64,000 bases of DNA, from NCBI GenBank assembly GCA_002189035.1, contig NEEC01000009.1:434001-498000 (forward strand), given 5' to 3'. This document shows positions 37,005 to 47,907 of the stretch, one piece after another. The notes under the pieces were generated by a model. That model saw nothing but the letters and a program-made list of their open reading frames with translations, was not told the DNA's origin and did no database searches. This DNA is from Utricularia gibba (taxonomy: Eukaryota > Plantae > Magnoliophyta). The position numbers and the translations under genes are program-made. Within the stretch, counting starts at the first letter, position 1. Every line of letters begins with the position of its first letter.

Positions 37005-38601
37005 ATGCTGAGAACGGAAAATGGAGAAGAAGAAGTTGTCAGCAAACATAGAACCAGTCACCCCGAGGTACTGAAACCAAAGTTTACAAGCTTGTGATTT
37101 CTTCTGCTCAGGCCTTGATTTCAATCTCCTTCAGGAAAGTGATGAGTTGAAGCACAACAGAGACATGGGGAAGCTGGGGGAATGGAGGTGTCCCGAGTTG
37201 GAGCTGCTGAATCAAGAATTGAGTAAGCTAAAGCTGGATATGGCTACAGTTATGGAAGAAAAGAGGATAGCAGAGGGTGAAAGAATATCGTCATTGCTGA
37301 AAATAGAGTCTTGTTTGAGTTCTGTTGAAGTTCTGACTGGGGAGATTGAGGAGATTAATGAAGAGCAGGTACTGGTTGAGTTGGCAAAAATTGAAGCTGT
37401 AAGAGAACATGAGCAGATTGAGGGTCAGAGGAGAAGGGATGCTGCGAGGTACTCTGCTGCGATTGGGGAAACTCGGAAGAAGATACTGAGAATGGTTCAA
37501 CAGATGACGGGAGGTAGTGGGAAGCAACAGATGCTGGAAGCTGCAATGGCGGATATCAGTATGTTGCAGAATGAACTTGTAGGGGTCAGGGGGAGGCAGG
37601 AAGTGGGCACACTGGAATTGGATTCGAAGATGGCAGAAGATGTGGAGGCAGCAAAGAAGCAGCTTGCTGCAGTTACAGAAGAAAAAGTTCAGTATATTGC
37701 TTCTGTGGATGCTTTAAGGCAAGAACTGGACGAGGTTCCTAAGGAGAGGGCAAGGACAAGGAAGAAGGAAGAGAATACAGAGATGAAGATTCAGAATCTC
37801 ACGGAAAAGCTTCTGAGTGCAAACATAAGGCTAGAAACAGCATCTGCAGCAGAAGCGAAAACTACATCAGTCCTCTCAAACCTTTGGCTCTCTCATAAGC
37901 AAATGAAATCTAAAGCAGAAAAGGCGGAGGAGGACTGTTCAAGGATAAATGAAGAAACCAAAAGCATCCAACACGAAATTCAGAGAATTGAAAGTGAAGT
38001 AGAACTGGGAGGTGAATTATTACAGTTTGCATTGCGAGAATTGCAGGAAGTCAAGTCATCCGAAGCCAAAGCTCTTGATGATCTAGAAGTGCTCTCCAAG
38101 AAGGCTGCAAGAAACAGAGCTTCGCTTCATAAGACAGCAATAACTATTTCCAAGTTCGAATATGATTACCTGAAGATGCGAGCAGCTGAGGCTGTAGTAA
38201 TAGCAAATGAGAAAGTTGCTGCAGCCAAGGCTTGGGTTGTAGCTTTGAAGGCTAGTGAAAAGGAAATTCAGTTGAAAACGGAATCCCTCCGTGGAGAAAC
38301 AAAACAGCTTAGAATGGATAATGAAAGTGAGGATGATAATGAACTGACAAACACAAAAAGTGCCTTTGCAGATGAATTGGTGAAGTGGGAGCAAAGAATA
38401 GAACCTGTAAGAAACAAGCTGAGGGCATCAAGCAAAGAAACGAGCAGAAGCATCAAAATGATACCAAGGCACACTAAGGGAAAAGGATCAACTTCCTTTG
38501 CAGTAACAAGAAGAGCAAAACTGATGCCAAACCTAGGAAGAGTCTTCAGGGGAAAGAGCGTCCTGAGACGTCTGCAAAATACTGTCAAGACAATTCAATA
38601 G
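37005..38601 (+). CDS. PMI2: WEB-family coiled-coil protein, PLASTID MOVEMENT IMPAIRED 2-like; probable join(37005-37067, 37135-38601)
   Basis: QELSKLKLDMATVMEEK...NEEQVLVELAKIEA...TISKFEYDYL...ANEKVAAAKAWVVALKASEKEI. Exon 1 is inferred from a phase-0 67-nt GT-AG intron and is less certain. Confidence 0.8.
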
Positions 38602-38984
38602 TATTTTAGGAAAGAGTTGATACTGCTTTTTATTGCTCGTCAGTTCATAAAAATCTGTGTTCTATGCAGCAGTTGCATGTTCTGTTCACAAGATACATCT
38701 GTGGATTATTCACCGTAGACAAGGAATGTACACGCAGAAAGAAAATTCTCATATGTTCAGTATAAATAAAACATTTCTCCCGCACACAAAATATGTCTCA
38801 TAACCACGGCTCACTCTCATCATAAATTACATCCTATAGTGAATGATGAAAAAGGGTATAAATGAACAAACAGACCATGAGTTAGAGTACAAAGCTCATG
38901 TTTTTACAATCGAGGAAATGGGCATCCCTTGTATACGAACAATAAACTAAGCCTTAGCCCGTTGCGGGGTTAAAGAACAAAAAC

Positions 38985-40615
38985 TCAAGAATCCCGTAGA
39001 ACAGTAGTTCCATTGGTCATCATCTCATGATGAGAAGGCAAAACAGGCGCAGTAGGCTGAGCTTTGTAAATTTGACTGTATGAAATATCATCATCAAATC
39101 CAACACCTGGGGCTACAGAGACAGCTACAGCGGGTAGATATGGCTCGGGGGAAATCAGCGGCTCAAGCGGCTGCAAGACTGGTAGAGCCTGATCTAAAGG
39201 CATACTAGTCATTTGGTTGGGAATATTCATGTGAATCTCTGTAGCTGCTTCAGTGAATCGAGCTCCAGAAACCACTGGGTTGAATATAGGCCCTGTCTGC
39301 AGATTCACTGGAGGCTGAATTGAAGAAAAGCCTCCTGTATTAGCATCCGTGCAATTGGATGGCATCGAAATGTTATGATACTGAGACTGTGTAAATGGCA
39401 CCAAATATACGGGATACTGGTGATTAAACTGGTAAGGAGGAAGATGTGGATGCGTTGGCATTTGGTATGTAGGATAATAAGGTGAAAATGGAACTCGGGC
39501 CGAGTACTGAGCATAATGAAACGTTCCATGTACTGCCTGTGAATCCGGCTGCATCTTTCCATCTGGAATTTGAGGTAATGGAACTCCAAGAACATGAGCT
39601 GTCTTCTCGAAGGAAACATTTACAGAGGCATCAGAAGCTGAATTTTCTGATGCTTCTACCGGAGGAATCTGATCAACTGGCTCTAGACCTCCAGTTTTCT
39701 GAGCAGCTGAACTTCCAGCGCTATTTTCACTGCAAAGAAAAGGAAAAACATGAGCCAGTAAATTCACCCTATCCAATTCAATGAAGTTGTCACCAAAAGT
39801 CATAATACACTAGAACACGCACTGGGAGATCAAACGAAAAGTCTACAGAGAAAAATTCAAGAAAGAGCATGCGATAAACAACACCTTTCGAGAGAAGCCG
39901 ACGATGGGACCCTGGATTTTCTACCCGGCAAACTAATGCATTTCTCATCGCACTGTGCCTTTCCCATAAACGAAGAGTTGACCATGGACAGCGAGGAACA
40001 AGACGACTCAAACGAAGAACTTGTTTCCAAAGCCACAGGCTCGACGCAAACCTTGCCCTCGGCGTCACCGAGTGCCCCAGTCTCCCCCTCCAGGTCCAAT
40101 TCTGAAGGCTTTGTCATCTTCAACCCAGTATCAGCAAAATGACCCTTGAGCAAACTCTGAGACGCACTAGAAAACCAAGAACCAGATTTCTGTTGTAGCA
40201 GGGCCGCATCCAGTGACTCGGACTCGAACGGTAACAGAAACAGCCTAATCCTTGCTGTGGGCGAGATTCTATCGTGCTCTTCAAGCATGTTAACCACGTC
40301 CTCGTCGGAAATGACGGAGATTAAGGAATCCAGGTCCTCTTTCGGCAACTGATACTTGAGTATAAAAGGGCGGTTCTGGAAGACAACGCGGGCCAAGTGG
40401 GAGTAGAGTGTACCAAATGAGGCAGCGGTAGTGCGTCTATCCACAGCGACTATACGCGTATCGCCACCGGCGTAAAAGAGCGACTTATCATGCGGCCGGG
40501 GAACAATGCGGCCGCCGTAGCTGCACATTAGCCGGATCTTCGACGGTGCGATCGGAGGCAGAGTAGCCAAAACGGCGGGAGCCGCTGGCGCTGCAGACGC
40601 CGGCACATGCTCCAT
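38985..40615 (-). CDS. Octicosapeptide/Phox/Bem1p (PB1) domain protein; join(40615-39885, 39729-38985)
   Basis: KIRLMCSYGGRIVPRPHDKSLFYAGGDTRIVAVDR...LKYQLPKEDLDSLISVISDEDVVNML. Pro/Gln-rich tail with DDISYSQIYKAQP. Spliced length 1476 nt, in frame. Confidence 0.9.
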
Positions 40616-41117
40616 CCCGAGGGTTTAGTTTACAGGTCAGCGACACAGAATTGGAGCGAGCACTCCATTTTTTTCAACCAAATTTCTGTTTCTCAAAAAG
40701 AAAAAAAGGAAGAAATTCGAAAAATCAATCACAGCCCATAATAATCAAACAGGCCCATTAACCCCTCAAAACAGGCCGCCTGGTCATTGTCCAATCCCAA
40801 TAACAAAATCCATCCAGACACACACAGGCACTCAGAAGTGAAAAAAACAAAACATACGACGCCCGACATTGAAGATTCCTTCTCCAACTTCTTTCTAAAG
40901 CGACCTGAATCCAGTTTCCTCTTTCCCAAAAGGATCATCTCGAGGAACTTTAGCCTCTCTCTGGGTGTACCTTCTTTTCATCCCCATGCCCCAGCTCCCC
41001 ATTCTCTTCCACCATGCTCCCAAAAGCTGCTTTTTTCCCCAAGGTGCATCTTAGCTTCATCTGTTTTACCCACCCACATCAAATCATGTGCTCGCTTGTG
41101 TCCTCTTCTAGAAACTT

Positions 41118-41950
41118 TTACATCATGTTGAAGTTGAGCATCCCATCTGTAAAAATTTGAGCTTTAACGAGGTCAAGTCCGGCCAAAGATGGTAAAAAAC
41201 TCAACCCTTTCTGGTATGGAGTATCAGAAAATCCAAAATCTAGATCATGACGAACCAACCCCTTTCTGGTGAGATGAGATTGAGAAGCCACTAGACCGCA
41301 CACGTTCGATCAAATGATATGCTTTCTTTTGTTAGGTGGAGTTCCCCCTCCACCCAAAAAAAGGTGCTGAAGAGGGGGAAAGATGATCGTGATCAGGCAA
41401 CCAGGGCACGGAATAATTTGTGATGGTATGGGGAGAAGACATCTGGGGGATTAGATTAGGTTCTGAAGCATTCATTCCAGAGATTACATACTCTTTTTCA
41501 AAAACTGTATCCTTCTGTTCACATGCATTTTTCATAGGCGTCATCTTCCATGTCTTCTACTCCACTCCTTTATTCTGCACATCCCCATGGTCTTTTGAAA
41601 TACCACTCGAGTCAAATTCAGATTCATTTTCACGTTCTAACAGATGTGAAGCCCTGTAAGAGTAACACCCACACAAGGATGCGACAACAAACAAAGCATT
41701 TCACATAAATGACAGTCCATATCACGGTATCTGTACACCATGGCCGTCAGGTTTCTCGAATCTTGTACTTTGGCACACCCACGCTTGACTGTCATCGCCA
41801 TCGTCCTCGTCCTCATCCTCATCCTCATCTCCATCCCCATCCCCACATCGCTTTTCATCTTCGACCATGTGGCTTCCTTTCATATCACCTTTCCATGTTC
41901 AAGATTCTTCCACACTACCCAAAAAAAAAAGGTCCTATCGGGTGCCATTC
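41118..41950 (-). pseudogene. Decayed acidic-rich coding sequence of unknown family, head-to-head with MIR157
   Basis: Protein-like segments (MVEDEKRCGDGDGDEDEDE...; ASHLLERENESEFDSSG...; DLDFGFSDTPYQKGLSFLPSLAGLDLVKAQIFTDGMLNFNMM*) are interrupted by stops at ~41900, ~41558 and ~41311. An upstream UTR-like exon has the donor GAG/GTGAGC at ~42109. Confidence 0.3.
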
Positions 41951-42448
41951 TTTCTAATCATTGCTTGGTTTTTAGCTATTATCAAATTCTAAGCATGCTC
42001 ACGTATCGTGTGTGTAGTCCAGCTCGACGTTTCTTACAAGATTCCAGTTCCCCGGACAAATGCATTGTAGCATATGTGTTACTTGAATGTCTCTTGTGAA
42101 TATGCTCACCTCAAGACAAGTGACAGAGGATTCGCTGATTCAGCATCTCCTGTGAGAGTGTGACAAAAGACAAGGCCTCGTAACTCTTTCAACTCCCTGC
42201 TTCTTCTTCTTTTTCTGATAAACTATTTATTTACCTTCACATGTAGACGTAAAAAAAGAAAAAAAAAAAAAACTTACCCAATCATGGAAGACAGTAACTT
42301 TTTGTGTGTGGGAACTAAAATAATGGATTTTGAAGCCTCCCCCACGTCCGTAATGCGTTAATCAGGCGGACAGATTCCACGAGTTGTCGTTGGCTACGTA
42401 TCGTCTTCTAAATGGACAGCAGAGTAAACGGTAGGGCCTGGTTCCCAC

Positions 42449-42456
42449 TATAAATA
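42449..42456 (+). promoter_or_regulatory. TATA box of the MIR157 primary transcript
   Basis: CTATAAATA lies ~125 bp upstream of the hairpin and is followed by an ATCAC initiator-like sequence ~25 nt downstream. Confidence 0.75.
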
Positions 42457-42571
42457 CATGCTTCTGGGAGGGGCTCAAATCACACAGCTCCTTCTTCTAC
42501 TTCTTGCCCTGTAAGTATTTGTTGAATAGGGTGTGTTTTTCTCAGAGATGGCGACGGTGTGAGGTGGTTCC

Positions 42572-42667
42572 GGTGATGCGCTGACAGAAGATAGAGAGCA
42601 CAGATGATGAGAATACATGAAGGACATGTACTTCAATCTTTGTGCTCTCTATGCTTCTGTCATCACC
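42572..42667 (+). ncRNA. MIR157: MIR157 (miR156/157 family) precursor; mature (C)UGACAGAAGAUAGAGAGCAC at 42581-42601, star at 42644-42664
   Basis: Exact miR157 mature sequence, canonical star GCTCTCTATGCTTCTGTCATC, the characteristic ACAGATGATGAG loop start, and a GGTGATG/CATCACC lower stem. Confidence 0.97.
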
Positions 42668-42842
42668 CCTTTACCCTTCACACTGCTGCTGCTGCTGATT
42701 TTCCTCGTGCGCCAAGCTCATGCCTCCTCCACCTCCGACGCCTGCCTGAGCTGCAAGCTCTCGCCACAACTGCAGATTTAGTAAGTTCCAGAAGGTACCA
42801 AACAAACATGGATGTTTTTCTTCTGCTGTTCTTTTGCAGGCA

Positions 42843-42947
42843 GCGTTGATATGACAGAAGAGAGGGACGCAGATGATGGAATGGAAGTACACACAGAATT
42901 GTACCTCCCTCCAGATTCGTGCTCCCTCTTCCTCTGTGTAAATGGCT
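42843..42947 (+). ncRNA. Second, degenerate miR156-family hairpin in tandem with MIR157
   Basis: 5' arm TGACAGAAGAGAGGGACGCA (42852-42871) is miR156 GAGGGAGCAC-type with an inserted C. 3' arm GTGCTCCCTCTTCCTCTGTG. Same AGATGATG loop start; inner stem GGAAGTACA/TGTACCTCC. Confidence 0.75.
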
Positions 42948-44575
42948 CATCTTCCATTCATGCACCGCACTCTGTTGGAGACTCGCTCATCTCTCATTGC
43001 CGACCAGGGCGACCCGAGACCAGGATCCATTAACCATTCTCGGGTTTGGATGAACCACCCGCATTTCAACACCAGTCCTCCATTTTCTCGGGACAAATGA
43101 CTGGACCACCTACAAAAGTGGACAATTTGTAATATTTATATAAAAAAATGATCTATTAATATTTTTTTATCTTAATAGAAAAGGATAAACGATAGAAAAT
43201 CATTTGCTTAATAAACTTTATCATATTTATTCCATAATTAACAATTCGTATTATATTTTTTTAATAATATTAAATACTATGACAATATTAATTTTATTTT
43301 TAACATTTTTCAATATTTTTAATTCGACATATTTTTTGTCTTAAGATAAAAGTGCATGACATCATTGAAAAATCATTTTCGACTTGTATATCATTTTCTT
43401 TCAAATAAAAAATATTTGAGTACGTTATTAGTAAATAACATTACCTTTTAATGGTAAATAACGTTAATATGACATTATTTTGTAAAATTCTTAGTTCATG
43501 TAATACATAAGTTATCGAGGAAAACAAAAAATTGATAACATGGAACATTATAAAAAAAAATGTTTTGAATAGATGTATGTGATTCAATTTTATTCCTTTT
43601 TATACCATACACATATTAAAATATGGCGAATACAAGTGAATTATTTAGAAGGATAGTATGGTACCAAGGAAACAATATTAAGACATTCTTTGATATTAGA
43701 ATATTAGTATGTCTAAATAGATTTTTATTCAATTGTATATAAGGTTTAATATTTTAGAATATAAGTTTGAGTATGTGAATAGTATATATATAATTAGTCA
43801 TTTTCTTTATTTATGTATAACACTCTACATACTCAAAAAATGAATGTGTGAGTAGTATAAACATACAAAGTTTAATATGCGTATATTAATTAATAAAACA
43901 ACGATTTATGTATAAATTTGAATATAAGTGTTTTATATTATACTGTCAAACAACTTTTAAATATCACATGAATGTGACTACAAATTCTTATACAAAAGAT
44001 GTAATCAAAAGTCAAAAAAACTAGAAGTACATAATATAATTTACACTTTAAACTCTTTGAAATTGAAAAAGCATCAAACGATTCAAGCAATTTGAATAAT
44101 CATCAAAATTACCAAAGAATATGAAATTTATAAAATATCAATGGATACGAATGATAGATATCAATATTTTTGATAATTTAGATTGATATAAATGTTAATA
44201 TTTTGAACAATGAATATGATATAAATGTTATATTTATACTTAGATATTTCTAACATTTTTATATCAAAAAATAAAAAAAATTATTGATAAAAAAATATGA
44301 GGAACACCTAAACATTAATCTTAAAGATATAATCCTCCAATTAAATAATAAATAATAGAGTTTAATGCTAACAAAGGTTAACTGGAATCAAATTAGGTAT
44401 AAACAAACTATCTGCCGGCAACTTAAATGGTCTAATAATTAAGTTATATTTAATTACGGGAATATGAAACTGAAATTATAATTAAAAAAAAAAAAGTAAA
44501 GCCGTCCGGTTCTTTTCTGTTCTTCCCTAGGGCTTTTGTTCCAAAATTCCATTGCAGTCCTGGGATTCCGGGGAC

Positions 44576-46395
44576 ATGGCGGGAATCAAGTGGTCGCTGG
44601 ACGATTCCGACGTGTCTCAGGCGGCGCGGCAGGCTGCGGCTGTAGATCTGATCTCTGATGACGACCGGTCAGTGGCCGCGGACTCGTGGTCCATCAAGAG
44701 CGACTATGGCAGCACTCTTGACGACGATCAACGTCACGCTGACGCCGCTGAAGCACTCTCTGTGGTGTCTTTTCGTGCCGCCTCTGACTACAAGTCGATT
44801 CTCTTCGCATTTTGATAATTTTTGTGTAGATTTCGTTGAGAATTTTTGGTTTAAAATGTGATGTATTTGGTGGCAGCTCTGACAAGGAGGAGCCAGATGG
44901 CGAACCTGCTTCATCAATGCTTGGGTTCCAGAGTTTTTGGGATTCAACGTATGCACATGAATTGGCGAATTTTCGGGAACATGGGCATTCTGGTGAAGTT
45001 TGGTATGCGTGAACTTTGTGTATGTGTGAAAGTAAATTCTAGCGAATTATGTTGCTCGCCTGTTTATGTAATATGTAGATCCTTTATTTGTGTATATAGA
45101 CGATGATTCGAAACCATATAGTGGGTTCCCGTCTGAGGGAGTATGTCTTATTACATGTCGTTTATATGGCGACAAAGAGTGTTTTCTTTTCCATGCTGTA
45201 GGTTTGGTGCTGATGTGATGGCGAATGTTGCCAGTTGGACCAAAAACCTTTGCTTAGAGACTTTTCAGCGTCAATTGGAAGATAATGCAGGTGCTGTGAA
45301 TTGTTTGCCTCCTGGGCAGTATGAAAGGGACTTGTCTGCATGGAGTGTCCTAGATGTAGGAACTGGTAATGGATTGCTTCTGCAGGAGTTTGCTAAACTT
45401 GGGTATGCTGTATTGCTACATACTATTGTTTTATTGAAACTTGGGACCGGTGATTGATGAAGCAAGCATTTTTTTGGCTTCAGATTCTCTGATCTCACCG
45501 GAAGTGACTACAGTGAAGGGGCAATTGAACTTGCTCAAAGCCTCGCTGAACGTGATGGATTCTCTTATATCAAGTTCCTGGTTAGACTTCTAATGGTTGT
45601 TTTAGCACTAAATTAAATGCTGTTCTGTGAACATGTGCTGTCTGGGGAGGTGCTTGTCGGGGTTTATCACTGTAACGGAGGCTACAGTTTTTGTCTCTGG
45701 AGTCATGGTCTCAATTCAATTCTCATGAATTTCCCACACAATTGAAGAAGCATTAAAGCAGTTCATGTTGTCCTGCTATATATTTTTCCTCATTAATACA
45801 GTTTTGTGTCTAAACGCTTTTAAGGTTGACGACATCCTTGACACAAAATTACAAAGGAAGTTTCAGCTTGTCACAGATAAAGGGACCCTAGACGCGATTG
45901 GTCTGCACCCTGATGGTCCTCAGAAAAGGTAACCTGATTTCTAATCCCCGTTACAAAGTTAATTGGAAGTATTTCCTACTGATGGAGATCGGCAATATAC
46001 TTTCAGGATGATGTATTGGGATTCCATTTCAGGAATCGTTGCTCCCGGTGGATTGCTGGTGGGCATATTCATCTAAAGCATGCAAACCATGCATCATTTC
46101 TTTCTTCTAGTCACATTTTTCCTCGAGCGATGTCCTTCTCCGCCTGGATCTCTGATTACCACTTGCTTGGGTTTCTCAGGTGATTACCGTGTGCAATAGC
46201 ACTAAAGATGAATTGATACAAGAGGTGGAGTCTTTCAACCAGAGGAGGGCTACTGGCTCACGAGGAGAATCTGAGAGCCCCATCAACCAAGCCGGGGTGT
46301 TCGATTACGTCGATCACATTCGCACTTATCCGACGTTCATGTTCGGAGGTGCCGTCGGATCTCGAGTTGCAACAGTGGCTTTTCTAAGGAAGTGA
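44576..46395 (+). CDS. EFM4: Protein-lysine N-methyltransferase EFM4 / EEF1AKMT2 (METTL10) homolog, 7 exons
   Basis: DDDRSVAADSWSIKSDYGSTLDDDQRHADAAEAL; LANFREHGHSGEVWFG; VLDVGTGNGLLLQE; SDYSEGAIELA; DKGTLDAIGLHPDG; YPTFMFGGAVGSRVATVAFLRK. Confidence 0.93.
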
Positions 46396-46749
46396 TGGAG
46401 CCCCATCAACCAAGATGCTGCTTTGTTCTGTTTTTTTGTTTGGTTAGTGAAGTCTTCTTTGGATTCTATGACGTTTTTTTAGTTGAAGGTACCAGAAAAA
46501 TGCTAAATTGGTGCTTTTTGTGGGACATAAATATTATATATGAGATACAGATTTCGAGTTTAATATGGAAACTACCGACCCGATTGGTTAGGGCGCCCGA
46601 ACCGGAGATACGAGCAGAGGCGACGAGAGCAGCGGTTTCGGAATCTTTGGGTGGACGGGATCCCGGCCGTCGCGATCGCCGGTGAATCTCCATCGCTGGA
46701 TCTCCTTCTATCTCCCGTGGAGTTGCAAGCAAGTATCAGATCCCGGAAA

Positions 46750-47907
46750 ATGAAGCGGAAGAAGTGGTCGGAGGTGGAGGAACAAACCCTACTATCGAAA
46801 TATTCAGAGCTCCTCGAATCAGGAGTATTGTCGAAGCTGAAGACGAGGGAGAAGAAGTTCAAGCCAATATCCGACCACGTGAATTCGCTACACCATCTTC
46901 TCGATCCGATTTCTTTCCCTTTCAAGTGGACATGGCGGGACGTTTCGATCAAGGTGCAGAACATGCGCCATCAGTATCTGGGTGTGAAGCAGAAGATCAG
47001 AGTTTCCGAGAATGAGTTCAATTGGGCCGATGGGGAGAATCATTGGGAGAATTTCTTGAAGTACAAAGAGGTATTTGGCGACATTGAGCTCTCCGAGTCT
47101 AATACTACGACTGCTGTAAAGGATAAGAAACTTGGGGAAGAAAGCATTATTTCTGATGTTTTAGGATTAGGTTATGGCGTGGAGACAGGAGATGATGTTG
47201 ATGATGACTATGACTATGAGGGTGAAGTTGATGAAGAGGAAGAGGAGGAAGAAGAAGAAGAAGAAGAAGAAGAAGAGGGGATGGATGGTGATCCTGGAGG
47301 AAGTGATGCAGGGGAAAAAGATGCAAACTTGGAATTTTCAGGTTCCAAAGGGAGAAAAAGAAGATTAAGAATGTTGAATCTTGGAAGCAAGGTTTTGGAA
47401 TTGAGAGAAATGATTGTGAGAAGAGAAGAGAAAAGGAGGGAAAGAGAATGGAACAAGCAAGTGAAAGAAATGGCTGTTTCATCAAAAAACAGCAACAGCA
47501 AAGGAGATGAAAGTGAAGAAGAAGATGAAGAAGAAGAAGTGCTCATTGAGATGGAAAAGATGAAATTGCAGCATGCGAAAAGGGAAGCACAGAAGAGGAT
47601 GAGGTTGGAGAAGGAACTAAGCGATGAGAAGAGGAGGAGAATGGATATGGAGCAGAAATTGGAGGAAGAAGACATGGAATGGAAGCAGAGAATGCTGGAA
47701 ATGCAGATTGAACATGAGAAGCAGATGATGCAAATACAAGCTGATTCCTGCCAAGCACAGCTTCAGATCCTTGGCCTGGTAGCTCGGATTGTTTGTCATT
47801 TTTTTGGGTCAGCCAATGAAGCCCTGGGTACACAAGATTTGCAGACGCTAGCTCATCAAGGAGGACTAGGTGATGCTTCCAAGCCTGGTTCCTCTGTGTT
47901 TCAGTAG
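46750..47907 (+). CDS. Trihelix-type (Myb/SANT-like DNA-binding) transcription factor with poly-Glu tract and C-terminal coiled coil, intronless
   Basis: MKRKKWSEVEEQTLLSKYSELL...KWTWRDVSIKVQNMRHQYLGVKQKIR...HWENFLKYKEVFGD; E-rich helix WKQRMLEMQIEHEKQMMQIQA. First in-frame ATG is at 46750. Confidence 0.85.
   Translation: MKRKKWSEVEEQTLLSKYSELLESGVLSKLKTREKKFKPISDHVNSLHHLLDPISFPFKWTWRDVSIKVQNMRHQYLGVKQKIRVSENEFNWADGENHWENFLKYKEVFGDIELSESNTTTAVKDKKLGEESIISDVLGLGYGVETGDDVDDDYDYEGEVDEEEEEEEEEEEEEEEGMDGDPGGSDAGEKDANLEFSGSKGRKRRLRMLNLGSKVLELREMIVRREEKRREREWNKQVKEMAVSSKNSNSKGDESEEEDEEEEVLIEMEKMKLQHAKREAQKRMRLEKELSDEKRRRMDMEQKLEEEDMEWKQRMLEMQIEHEKQMMQIQADSCQAQLQILGLVARIVCHFFGSANEALGTQDLQTLAHQGGLGDASKPGSSVFQ

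Noticed and set aside
39730-39884. Apparent stop or frameshift between the two PB1-gene ORFs
   Set aside because: Resolved by using the TTTGCAG acceptor at 39730; the spliced CDS is in frame.
41740-42099. 119-aa plus-strand ORF with a hydrophobic, TM-like stretch
   Set aside because: The hydrophobic run is the antisense translation of a (CATCCT)n hexamer repeat; there is no other support.
42511-42560. miPEP ORF or leader intron upstream of the miR157 hairpin
   Set aside because: The only ATG gives 4 codons, and the GT-AG interval is just 35 nt.
43100-44500. AT-rich block with recurring ATGACA motifs as a CACTA or MULE element
   Set aside because: No convincing TIR pair, TSD or transposase fragment could be identified by eye.
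46651-46749. GTG-initiated N-terminal extension of the trihelix ORF in the ORF track
   Set aside because: Not accepted as CDS without evidence for non-AUG initiation; kept only as a hypothesis in the findings.
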